Below, piece by piece: positions 52,905 to 64,000 of a stretch of DNA of 64,000 nucleotides. Under the pieces are notes generated by a model that saw nothing but the letters and a program-made list of their open reading frames with translations, had not been told where the DNA came from and made no database searches. This stretch comes from Eledone cirrhosa. Lineage: Eukaryota. The stretch spans positions 5,270,001 through 5,334,000 of the forward strand of contig OZ024764.1 of the NCBI GenBank assembly GCA_964016885.1. The letters run 5' to 3'. Numbering within the stretch: position 1 is the stretch's first letter; each line of letters begins with the position of its first letter. The position numbers were made by a program, and so were the translations under genes.

Positions 52905-54331
52905 TAATTCTATTGACTGATTAATAGCTCTTGTTAATTTTAAAACCATTCTGTTGAGAGCTTAATTCGTTCTGTGATATTTTGCAATTTTGCAATAACA
53001 CACATACTGAATTCATCCGCCAAAACTAAGGGCTGCCCCCCCCCCCCTGTGAAGCCCCACGTGGGTTTTGATAACGGTCAGTCCTTGGCTTGGCACTGAA
53101 CTAAAAGCCTGTTGAGAAAGTGACTTCCTTGTTCGATCATCATACCAAAAGCTTAACATTATTTGTCTAAGTAGACAGTACTTGATTTAGGAGTTGCAGA
53201 AACCCAATACTGGATATTACCAACCTTCCAGGGGTCCGGGTATAATTTTCCATCATATTTTATTTGTTTTACTCGAATTACTTGGTCGTGTCTATGGCTG
53301 CGCGGATAATTGTTTAACCATCGTCTCAGTGTGTTTGGCCTTTTAACTTATGTTGTTGCTCTAGTTCACTAGCTTCTATGGAGCGCCTGCCACACATCTC
53401 GGAAGTTGTTTTTCGTTAATTTCCAATAGCAGAAATGCAATTCTCGCTAATTTATATATATATATATATATATATATACACGTATAAGGGATAACAAAAT
53501 ATCGTTATAGGTAATCCAGGTAGAAGTTGTGAATACTCTGTATTGTGGTTAGTCTTAGTCTACGGCGTTGTTTGACTCAACAAGAGGTTTCCGTAGGTGG
53601 CAAGTATTTGAGTTCTCTTGAATTTCTATGTAAGTTTATCTTGGAGTAATAATATTGAAAGCGTGAAGAATAACATGGTCAACAGTACAAAAGAAGGTTT
53701 TTATTTACAGTATTAACAATTGTTTCACTGATTAAGTTGTCTAAAAATCGCTGAAAACTTAAAGCTGTGCCACTCAATCTACTATATATATTGGAAGTGG
53801 TCGGACGTTGTATATTTAAGTAAATAAGTAGGTGTAGTCGGATAAACGTCGAAACGGCTTGGTAGAATGCAGCGAAAATTTACACAGTTATGCAGAATTG
53901 TAGCAGTTAATGATGATATATATGTAAAAGAAATAGGATTTCGCTTCAAGCATATCTTTATACAATATGTATAAATATTTTGTATCTCCAAAGAAATACG
54001 GTTTTAGGAAGCCTTAGCTCTGCAAACCCTGGGGGGGGGGGGGCTAACGTCCTCTGCTGATGTCCAGCAGAAGCAAGGGGGACAACCGTCTATGCATTTC
54101 AGGCTTAACTGACCATCGTCTGGACAGTCCCTCCCACTGCTTGCGACTGCTGGCCAGTTAAGCGTGAAATGCATAGACGGTTGTCCCCCTTGCTTCTGCT
54201 GGACATCACCAGAGGCCTTGAAACCCTAAGTCCCTTTTGCTCTGTGTATGAACAGAAATAAATAATGTAATATATATATATGTATGTGTGTGTATCTATT
54301 TATATATTTAACTATTTTTTTCTCATTACAG

Positions 54332-54361
54332 TCCCACAACTACTACTTCCATGAAATTTAT
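54332..54361 (+). CDS. Candidate micro-exon, 30 nt, phase 2-2: PTTTTSMKF
   Basis: tttttttctcattacAG|tccc...tttat|GTAAGT. Phase 1 has TGA. Confidence 0.75.
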
Positions 54362-55785
54362 GTAAGTGTTACCTTAACAAACTGTCTAACCATTGTTTAA
54401 TCTGCTCCTCCCTCTACCTCTCCCTTTATACACACACACACACATATATACCCCTATATATATATGTATACACACACACACACAAATATATACACATATA
54501 TACATATATATATACACACATATATATACATATATACAAGCGAGACACGGCCTGCTGACCAATCTCGTCTTAAGTGGGACAAAACCGTCCAACCCATGCT
54601 AGCATGGAAGATGGACTTTAAATGATGATGATATATATACACTGACACATATATATACATATATATATACACATATATATACGCATATATCTATATATAT
54701 ATATATGAGTTCAAGTCCGCCGAGGTTAACTTTGCCTTTCATCTTTACGAGGTCGATAAAATAAAGTACCAGTGGTGCACTGGGGTAATCGCTGGCCTTG
54801 TGCCAAAAGTAGAAACTATATTTATATATATATAACCAAAGATTAATATGGTTCGTTGATTACTCAACGAATACAGTTTTACAATAGATTAGAAGCACTC
54901 AACAGTGAAATTTTCCTGGAGTTTTTAATATTATTCAAAATATTAACAAATGAAAAATATTCTCATAATCAAAATATATACTTTATTATATATATTTCAA
55001 AGGTATATGACATACCTCTACGGTCTTGATTATTCAATTCCACTATTGGCAGTGACTATATAGTTATAGGCAAAATGAATAATGAAAGAGTTGCAAGCCG
55101 TTAAAACATATCTTTATAAAGCTCTTACATATGTTATATATATATATATCATCATCATCATTATATGTCCGCTTTTCCCTGCTTGCAAGGGTAGGGCTCT
55201 CGCCACCACCGGCCATGTTTTTTGTGGTCTTCCTCTACTGCGTCTTCCTTCTACTGGGATTTTTTAGCACCTCTTTACCCAGCGGTCATCCTCGATGCAC
55301 ATCACTTGTCTATACCATCTCAGTCTTCTCTCCTGCACATCACAACTTATCCCCAGTTTCTCTCTCAACTCATCTATGCTCTTGTCGTTCACGCACATTG
55401 ACACACACACATACACATATATATATACATATATATATATATACACACACACATATAAGGGATAACAAAATATCGTTATAGGTAATCCAGATAGAGGTTG
55501 TGAATACTCTGTATTGTGATTAGTCTTAGTCTACGGCGTTGTTTGACTCAACAAGAGGTTTCCGTAGGTGGCAAGTATTTGAGTTCTCTTGAATTCCTAT
55601 GTAAGTTTATCTTGGAGTAATAATATTGAAAGCGTGAAGAATAACATGGTCAACAGTACAAAAAAAGGTTTTTATTTACAGTATTAACAATTGTTTCACT
55701 GATTAAGTTGTCTAAAAATTGCTGAACACTTGAAGCTGTGCCACTCAATTTTAAATATGTTGTTAGCTTAACCAGATCATCAGAA

Positions 55786-55824
<39 letters not shown>

Positions 55825-56177
55825 TACAAATTATGTCCATAGAACCATTTGATAAGATATATACACCATTTCCTCTCCCAATTAGCATAATCAACCACAC
55901 AAAAAATCAATTAGACCAGGCTATAAGATTAAAAGGCACCTATGATAAAATAGTAGATAAATAAACGACAGCATTTCAATAGCATGTGGAAATCAATTAA
56001 ATATATCGTCAACCATACACAATTAGGTATAAAATTAAAGTTAGAAGAAAAAATGCATATACACATACCAGGATTACGTTTCTACGCTTTAGGGTTTCGT
56101 TCGCATTTGGAAATATACTATCAAGGATAAATTCGATATAAATTCTATAAATTTATCAAGGATAAATTTATAGTATA

Positions 56178-56998
56178 CTAGCAGTAAAGCCCGGCGTTGC
56201 TCGGGGTCGCTCAGTAGCTGTGTTAAAGTTACAATGTTAAGTTTCTTTTTTGGCTTAAAAACTGTAGTGTCTACTGTGCAGACTTGCATGTGGTGTTTTT
56301 GATTAATATTCCCTCAACCAACAATATGCCTTATGAAGTTAAGAAAACATAACGATAAACCAAATGTTATAACAAAAGAGGATGCTGGGGATAAAAACTG
56401 CACTGGTTATTTATTAACAAAGATCGAAAATGTAAACACTGCAACGCAGAGAAAAACATTAGCGTAACCAAATTATCAGTTATGTCTGTCTGCACGCCTA
56501 TATCACCTCTCTGCACGACTGTCTGTCTGCACGCCTGAAATATTTGCTTGTTTTACGTAGTCTTTAAATAGACTTGTTTTCAAGTAAAAATATTGTTTTA
56601 AAATGCTTTTAAATGGAAATGAAGCAAAACGGAAGCTTAGTGTTCGAACTGATGAATTTTGCAGGTCAATATTTTGCTGGCTCGACAACTGTTCGTGTAT
56701 TGTATTGTGTTAATGTCATTTTAAACGCTGAGAAAGCCAGCGTAATTTTTTACGTAAGACGCTCAATGTAAACAGAACAAAGGGAAATAACTGATAACTT
56801 ACGCTCAAAAATCGATACATTATATTCGATTTCGTCACATAGGGTGGGTCAATTTGAAATTTTTTTTTTTCCCATGTCTTCGCTAGGGCTCAATGTACAA
56901 GTATAGCAATTTCGGTGCAATTCCGTGAGAGATTCTAAGAGGAGATGTGTGCCAAAAATCGATAGACAGACAGACAACCACAGTTTTATATATATAGA
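56178..56998 (-). mobile_element. Non-autonomous Helitron, 821 bp
   Basis: The minus strand begins TC and ends CTAG, with a subterminal hairpin CCCGAGCAACGCCGGG. It is inserted between host A and T with no TSD. The empty site tagtata|ttgctc is present at ~11675 and ~40735. Confidence 0.9.
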
Positions 56999-57123
56999 TT
57001 GCTCTGATTATTTAATTTATTAATTCATCATTGAGCCACATCGTGAATGGTTGCCAAAAACATATATATCTATGACTTTGTCTAGTTTGTGTATATGTAA
57101 ATCTTTATATTGATTGTTCCTTA

Positions 57124-59883
57124 TGTAGCACAGCCTTTCAGATTCCATCTTTGCGCACAAGTCTACAGCAAGCTGGTTGAAGAGTACTCTTGCACGGTGG
57201 AACAGCAACGTAGTAAGTAAGGCAATCAAAGATATGAAGATGGGGAAGGCAACCGGTCCATCGGGTATAGCTGCCGAGATGCTGAAGGCATCTGGGTCTG
57301 TAGGTCACACTATAACCACACGTATTGTTAACCAGGTAATACTAGAAGGTGTCATACCAAAAGATTGGTGCAGTAGCATCATTGTCAACTGCTACAAAAG
57401 TAAAGGTGATGCACTAGATAGAGGAAACTATAGAGGTATAAAGCTGATGGACCAGGTCATGAAAGTAACAGAAAGAGTTATAGCACAGTTGAAGAGGCAC
57501 CACTGATGCCCTCTTCCTTGTCAGGCAGTTACAGGAAAAGTACCTAGCTAAAAGTAAGCCACTCTACCTGGCATTTGTCGACCTTGAGAAAGCCTTTGAC
57601 AGAGTTCCACGTGCTGTAATCTGGTGGGCTCTTAGAAAACTAGGAGTAGATGAATAGCTTGTGAAAGTGGTACAAGCCATGTATAGGGGAGCAGTCAGCA
57701 AAGTTAGGATTAGCAATGAGTATAGCGAGGAATTTAGCGTACAGGTTGGGGTCCATCAGGGTTCTGTTCTTAGCCCCCTCCTGTTCATCATTGTCCTGCA
57801 GGCAATAACGGAGGACTTTAAGACCGGATGCCCATGGGAACTCCTGTATGCTGATGACCTCGAACTTATAGCTGAATCTATGGTAGAACTAGAGAAGAAA
57901 TTCCAAACTTGGAAGCAGGGACTAGAAAGAAAGGGTCTCAAAGTCAACATGACAAAGACTAAGGTCCTTGTAAGTAGACGAGAAAACAGAACCCAGATCC
58001 CCTCAGGGAAATGTCCTTGCTCAGTATGTAGGAAACGTGTAGGTAGGAACTCCATTCTCTGCCCCAAATGCAAACAATGAGTACACAAGAGATGTAGCGG
58101 GATCTCAGGAAGCTTAATTAAGAATGTAGGCTTCACATGCAGCAGCTGTGCTTGGACAGCAAGCAGCAAACAGGCACAGGAAACAAGTACCACCAATCTC
58201 TGGGAGGGCTCTGGAGAAACAGTAGACAGCTTCTGCTACCTAGGTGACCGAATTAGCAGCGGAGGTGGGTGTTCAGAAAGTACAATAAATAGGGTAAGAA
58301 TGGGATGGAAGAAGTTTAGGGAACTACTACCACTGCTAGCTGCAAAAGGCTTCTCCCTCAAAATGAAAGGCAGACTGTATGATGCGTGTATCCGAACAGC
58401 GATGTTGCATGATAGTGAGACCTGGGCGCTGAAGGTGGAAGACTTACGTAGATTAGAGAGAAACGAAGCCTGCATGCTCCGATGGATGTGTAACAGTAAT
58501 ATACGCGAACGACAAAGCATAAATGAATTGAGAGACTGAGCATAAGAGGAATCAAATGCTGTGTGCAGGAGAGGCGGTTGCGCTGGTATGGACATGTGAT
58601 GCGTATGAAGGATGACAGCTGCATAAAAAGGTGCAGAGCACTAGAAGTCGATGGAAACCGCGGAGTGGGGAGACCCAAGATGAGGAGAGAAAGAGTGTGA
58701 GAGAGAGAGAGTGAGAGAAAGAGAGAAATAGAGGGATTGAGAGAGATACATTAAAACAATAACAGAAGGTCTGACTGGAGAATTTACTTTAGAATTTTAA
58801 GAGAAAAGAGGAAGCTTTCAGACTTCTGGAATTCCTTCACGAAAATGTCCTATATATCTGGAACACAAACTTCAAAAAATGAGACAACTACTTAATAACC
58901 TATAGATCATGTGAGCCCACCAGCTAGATAGATTTCATTGTTACCAGAAGACAGAGTGACTGTTATAAACACAATGTCCCTCTTTAGTGAAGAATGCACC
59001 TCCCAAAATACCTTAGAAGACAACCTGGAAGAAAAGAGTAGAGATCAAAATCAAAAGGTCTTAAAGTCAATTTGGTAAAGACTAAAGTTCTAGTAAGTAG
59101 AAAGGAAAACTGGGCCCAGATCTCTTCAGGTAAACTGTCCTGCTCAGTGTGCAGAAAAGGAGTAGGTAGAAATTCCCATCCTATGTCCCATATAGAAATG
59201 ATGGGTACACAAAAGATGTTGTGGGATCTCAGGGAGGCTAACAAAGAACGTAGCTTCTATATGTGGCCAATGAACAGGAGCAGTAAATAACAAGAACTCT
59301 CAGGTTACAATCTCCTTCAAATACCCAGAAGTCTCTGTAGAGGTGGTAGATAGTTTCTGTTACCTAGGTGACTAAATCAGCAGTGGAGTAGGGTGGTCCA
59401 AAAATTCAGTAACCAGAGTGAGATTAGATTGGAGAAAGTGCAGGGATCTACTACTACTGCAAACTACAAAACATTTTTCCATCAAAATGAAGGGCAGACT
59501 GTATGATGCACAGCAGCGAGACCTGGGCACTGTGTGTAGAAGATCTGTAAAGATTGGAAAGAAATGAAGCCTCCATGCTTCAATGGATGTGCCATAGTAA
59601 TATATGCAAATGGCAAAACATAAATGTACTGTGAGAGAAATTAGGCATAAGAGGGATTAGATGCAGTGTGCAGGAGAGGGATTGTTTTGGTATAGACATG
59701 TGATGTGTATGAAGGGTGACAGCTGTATAAAAAGGTGCCGAACAAACAAAGTTGACAGAAACCGTGGAGTGGGCAGGTCTAGGAAGACTTGGGATGAGGT
59801 AAGGAAAGCTGACTTTGTACAATTACACCTAGCTAAGGCAATGACACAGGAGGGTGACCTCTGGCGCTATGCACAATTATAGA
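57124..59883 (+). mobile_element. Decayed RTE LINE fragments (unit 4 copy of 11800-14580)
   Basis: Near-identical ORF fragments. Confidence 0.9.
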
Positions 59884-60499
59884 GGACTACATCCACAATC
59901 CACCAGACATTTTCCCTACAAACACCCCACACAAGTTCCCAAACCTCACCATAAAGTGGTCCCGCTGCAGCCATGACAAACGTGTCCAGTCCACACTGTA
60001 CAGTGGTCTTGTAGGTGTCCTGCCAAAAATCAATATTGGGCCTTAAAACCTTGAGTCCCTTTTGTTCTGTGTATGAACATAAATAATTGTTTCTACTTTT
60101 GGCACAAGGCCAGCAATTATCCAGTGCATTACTGGTACTTTATTTTATCGACCCCGTAAGGATGAAAGGCAAAGTTAACCTCGGCGGGATTTGAACTCAG
60201 ATCATACAGGGAGGTAACTATGCTTCAAAGCATGGCGTCCAACCCTCTACCGATACTGCCAATCCACTGCCTGAACATAAATAAATAATTGTTTCTACTT
60301 TAGGCACAAGGCCAGCAATTACCTAGTACATTACTGGTACTTTATTTTATCGACCCCGTAGGATGAAAGGCAAAGTCAACCTCGGAGGGATTTGAACTCA
60401 GATCGGAAAGGGACGTAACTAAATAAATAATGTAATATATATATATGTATTTGCGTGTGTATCTATTTATATATTTAACTATATTTTTTGTAATCACAG

Positions 60500-60541
60500 G
60501 ACTGATACAAAGGAGAGTACCGCTCTAGAAAAGAATGAGGA
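60500..60541 (+). CDS. Candidate micro-exon, 42 nt, phase 2-2: TDTKESTALEKNE
   Basis: tttaactatattttttgtaatcacAG|gact...gagga|GTAAGT. Phases 0 (TGA) and 1 (TAG) are closed. Confidence 0.75.
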
Positions 60542-60593
60542 GTAAGTTTTAGTTTTACATACTATCCAACCATTATTCTATCTGTTCCTTCCC

Positions 60594-60683
<90 letters not shown>

Positions 60684-61516
60684 AGGTGTATTACTGGTTG
60701 TGTAAAACAGTCCAATAAATTTTTGTTAGCAATATTAAGTTCTCCACGCTTTTGTATATCTCCAATTCCATTCAAGGGAACAGCTAGATGATGTAAAACG
60801 GAGTATTTGTATCAAAATGAAAATTCGAAGGCAAGGTAAAATTTCCAATCATTTTAATCACGTCGTGATTAAAATGATTGGAAATTTTACCTTGCCTTTG
60901 GATTTTCATTTTGATATATATATATATATATATGACTCTGTCTCTTATAAACCACGTTGGCTATTATGACACTCTCTCCAACATAGAGAGCTATGTTGGC
61001 TATTATGACTATCTCTCTCCCTCTCTATGTTGGCTATTATGACTCTCTCTCTCTCTCTCTCCCTCTCTATGTTGGTTATTATGACTCTCTCTCTCTCCCT
61101 CTCTATGTTGGCTATTATGACTCTCTCTCTCTCTCTATGTTGGCTATTATGTCTCTCTCTGTTCAAGGTTTATGAAGTTAGATGAACATCTTCAAAGTCC
61201 TCCCATATTCGCCTTGTCTAATATGCGTTCTTGTACCTGATTATTTCCCCCAAATCTCCTGGGATGTTATAAACCATGATGGCTACCTATCTCACAATTT
61301 CTCTCCTGCCCACCCCCTCATACCACCATAGTCTATTCGACCAATCAAACCTCAGCAACATGTCCCCACCCATTACCAACCCCAACAAACTCTGCCATTA
61401 CTACTACTTCTACTTTTCTTCTAGCCCTTACCAGCCCCAACAAACCCTGACATTATTACTACTATTGTCCTTCTAGCCATGGGCTGAGGATAAATGGGGC
61501 TACCCCAAATTAATAA

Positions 61517-62556
61517 ATGAATATGAATCCGCGAGTTACCAAGCACCCATGCAAAGCTTTAATTCAGAGACAGGAAGCATACACACCCCACTGCAAAAAT
61601 TCACCCTTTCCCACGAATGGTGGCAAATGCCCAAAACTCCGAGTTGGAACCATCAATGTAAGCACAATGAAAGGAAGAGCAGGAGAAATTGTAGAGATGC
61701 TAGAGCGAAAGAAAATTGATGTATGCTGTGTGCAAGAGACTAGATGGAGAGCAGAGTCCGCTGGAGTCCTTGCAGGCAGAAGTCAGTGCTACCAATTTGT
61801 CTGGGTAGCAAATGACAACAGGATGGGAGGTGTAGCTATCCTATTAGCTGACAAATGGGTAGATAAGGTAATCTCAGTGAACAGGGTGAATGCAAGAATA
61901 ATGAAACTTGGACTAGTCCTGAATAAAACAATTGCCACAATAATATCAGCTTACGCACCCCAATTGGGGTTGCCAGCTGACTATAGCGGGGAATTTAGTT
62001 TAGAGGTCGGTGTCCACTAGGGCTCTGTTCTTAGCCCACTCCTGTTCGTTAAAGTATTGCAAGCAATAATGGAGGTGATTATGACCGGATGCCCATGGGA
62101 ACTCCTATATGCGGATCATCTCACACTTATAACCGAATCTATGGTGGAACTATACTTGCTCAGTATGTAGGAAAGGAGTAGGCTGGCTGCAAAAGGTTTT
62201 CCCCTCAAAATGAAAAGCAGACTGTATGATGTGGGTATACGAATAGCAATGTTACATAGTAGTGAAACCTGGGCGCCGTCTGTGGAAGACTTGCATAGAT
62301 TAGAAAGAAACGAAGCCTGCATGCTCCGATGGATGTGTAATAGTAATATACGCAAACGGCAAAGCATAAATGAATTGAGAGAGTGACTGAGCATAAGAGG
62401 AATGAAATGCTGTGTGCAGGAGAGGATGTTGCATTGGACATGTGATGCGTATGAAGGATGACAGCTGTATAAAAAGGTGTAGAGCAGTAGAAGTCGATGG
62501 AAGCCGTGGAGTGGGGAGACCCAAGAAGAGCTGGGATGAGGTGATAAAAGCCGGAC
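61517..62556 (+). mobile_element. Deleted RTE LINE copy (unit 5)
   Basis: Near-identical to 24-1050, with a premature TAG at 62018. Confidence 0.9.
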
Positions 62557-62982
62557 TCACTGTAAATGAGGTTGGTGTTAGGAAGGGCATCCAGCTGTAG
62601 GAATCAAGCCAGAATCAGTTCCTGTATGAGCAAGACAAGGTCAGCTGAACAGACACTGCCCACAACAGGACAACCCGTCTAACCCATGCTTGCGTGGAAG
62701 AATGGACGTAAAACAGTGATGAAGATGATATATCATATATGCTAGTGTACTATTTGACATTTGGAGCCTAAAAATATCTCTCCAAAACCAGGGGTCGACT
62801 TGTCTGCTGAATATAGTATGTTACCTTTACCACTGAGGGGTAAACAGTGAAACTGCCTGCCTAACACTTGTTGTACACCACTTACCATAACTCTAGCAAC
62901 CCACCACATTTATTTCTACTGAATCTCATATTTGTTAAGTTTAACGTAGAGATTATAGTAATATCAATGTCTTGCTGTAGCT

Positions 62983-63945
62983 TATAGGGTAGGATACTGT
63001 AGCGTAGGTTACCATAGGGCAAGTTACTGTAGGGTAGGTTACTATAGGGTAGGTTACCATAGGGTAGGTTACTGTCTGGTAGGTTACTGTAGGGTAGGTT
63101 ACTGTCTGGTAGGTTACCATAGGGTAGGTTACTGTATGGTAGGTTACTGTAGGGTAGGTTACTGTATGGTAGGTTACCATAGGGTAGGTTACTGTAGGTT
63201 AGGTTACTATAGGGTAGGTTGCGATAGGGTATGTGACCATAGCGTAGGTTACTATAGGGTAGGTTACCATAGGGTAGGTTACTACAGAGTAGGTTATTAT
63301 AGGGTAGGTTACCATAAGGTAGGTTATTATAGGGTAGGTTACCATAGGGTAGATTACTATAGTGTAGGTTACCATAGGGTAGGTTACCATAGGGTAAGTT
63401 AACTCAGGGTAGGTTACTATAGGGTAGGTTACCATGGGGTAGGTTACCATAGGCTATATTATCATATGGTAGGTTACGGTAGGGTAGGTTACTATAACAT
63501 AGGTTACCATAGGGTAGATTACTATAGGGTAGGTTACCATAGGGTAGGTTACCATGGGGTAGGTTACCATAGGCTATATTATCATATGGTAGGTTACTAT
63601 ACGGTAGGTTACTGTAGGGTAGGTTACCATAAGGTAGGTTACTGTAGGGTAGGTTACCATAGGGTAGGTTAAGGTAGGGTAGGTTACTATAACATAGGTT
63701 ACCATAGTGTAGATTACCTTAAATTAGGCTACCATAGGGTAGGTTACTATAACATAGGTTACCATAGTGTAGGTTACCATAGGGTGGCTTACCATGGGTT
63801 AGGTTACTATAGGGTTGGTTGCCATAGAGTAGGTTACCATGGAATAGGTTGCCATAGGGTATGTTACCATACCATAGGGCTGGTTATCATAGGGTAGGTT
63901 ATTATAAGGTAGGTTACCATATGTTTGTTAAGGTTAGGCTAGGCT
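62983..63945. repeat. 15-bp minisatellite, same variant order as 1478-2455
   Basis: Direct reading. ORF 62953-63180 equals ORF 1448-1675. Confidence 0.97.
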
Positions 63946-64000
63946 GGTCTACTCGGTGAGTTAAAACTCACTTGTGACTGTAGTGTTATAGAAGAAGTGT

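Larger units (their letters stand above)
1..64000. repeat. Tandem segmental duplication array: units 1-17998, 17999-29884, 29885-45276, 45277-61504, 61505-end (partial)
   Basis: Anchor ccaaattaataaat plus a near-identical APE/RT ORF recurs at 1, 17999, 29885, 45277 and 61505. Many ORF-track peptides recur almost verbatim in the same order. Confidence 0.97.

Noticed and set aside
6840-60560. CRISPR array or diversity-generating retroelement (constant flanks, ~30-40 nt variable inserts, nearby RT)
   Set aside because: The context is eukaryotic, spacing is kilobases and there are no cas genes. Changes are not adenine-specific, the RTs are dead LINE fragments, and the variable segments are bounded by spliceosomal AG/GTAAGT.
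1-64000. Whole array as an assembly artefact
   Set aside because: Units carry distinct insertions, deletions, SNPs and different exons. Exact unit number and order still need long-read confirmation.

Overview
AT-rich animal DNA, probably octopus (inferred from the RTE-LINE, tRNA-SINE and (TA)n repertoire). The window is a tandem segmental array: units start at 1, 17999, 29885, 45277 and 61505 (18.0, 11.9, 15.4 and 16.2 kb, plus a partial unit). Most of each unit is decayed RTE LINEs, SINEs and a 15-bp satellite, and none of the supplied ORFs is a credible intact gene. The main hidden signal is 13 candidate + strand micro-exons (30, 33, 42 and 78 nt), three per unit and four in unit 1. Twelve have a T-rich tract ending YAG, and all 13 have a GTAAGT donor. 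All lengths are multiples of 3, and phase 2 is the only phase open in every one. Exon sequences are often strongly divergent between copies while their flanking introns are nearly identical, which suggests a hypervariable micro-exon cassette region of a larger gene whose other exons lie outside the window. One exon looks like an intron-less fusion of micro-exons. The window also holds a 1.76-kb tandem/inverted 467-bp insertion with three minimal type I hammerhead ribozyme motifs (Penelope/retrozyme-like), an 821-bp non-autonomous Helitron with empty-site controls, and conserved hairpins beside the exons. All comparisons were made by eye. Splicing and function are inferred, not demonstrated.
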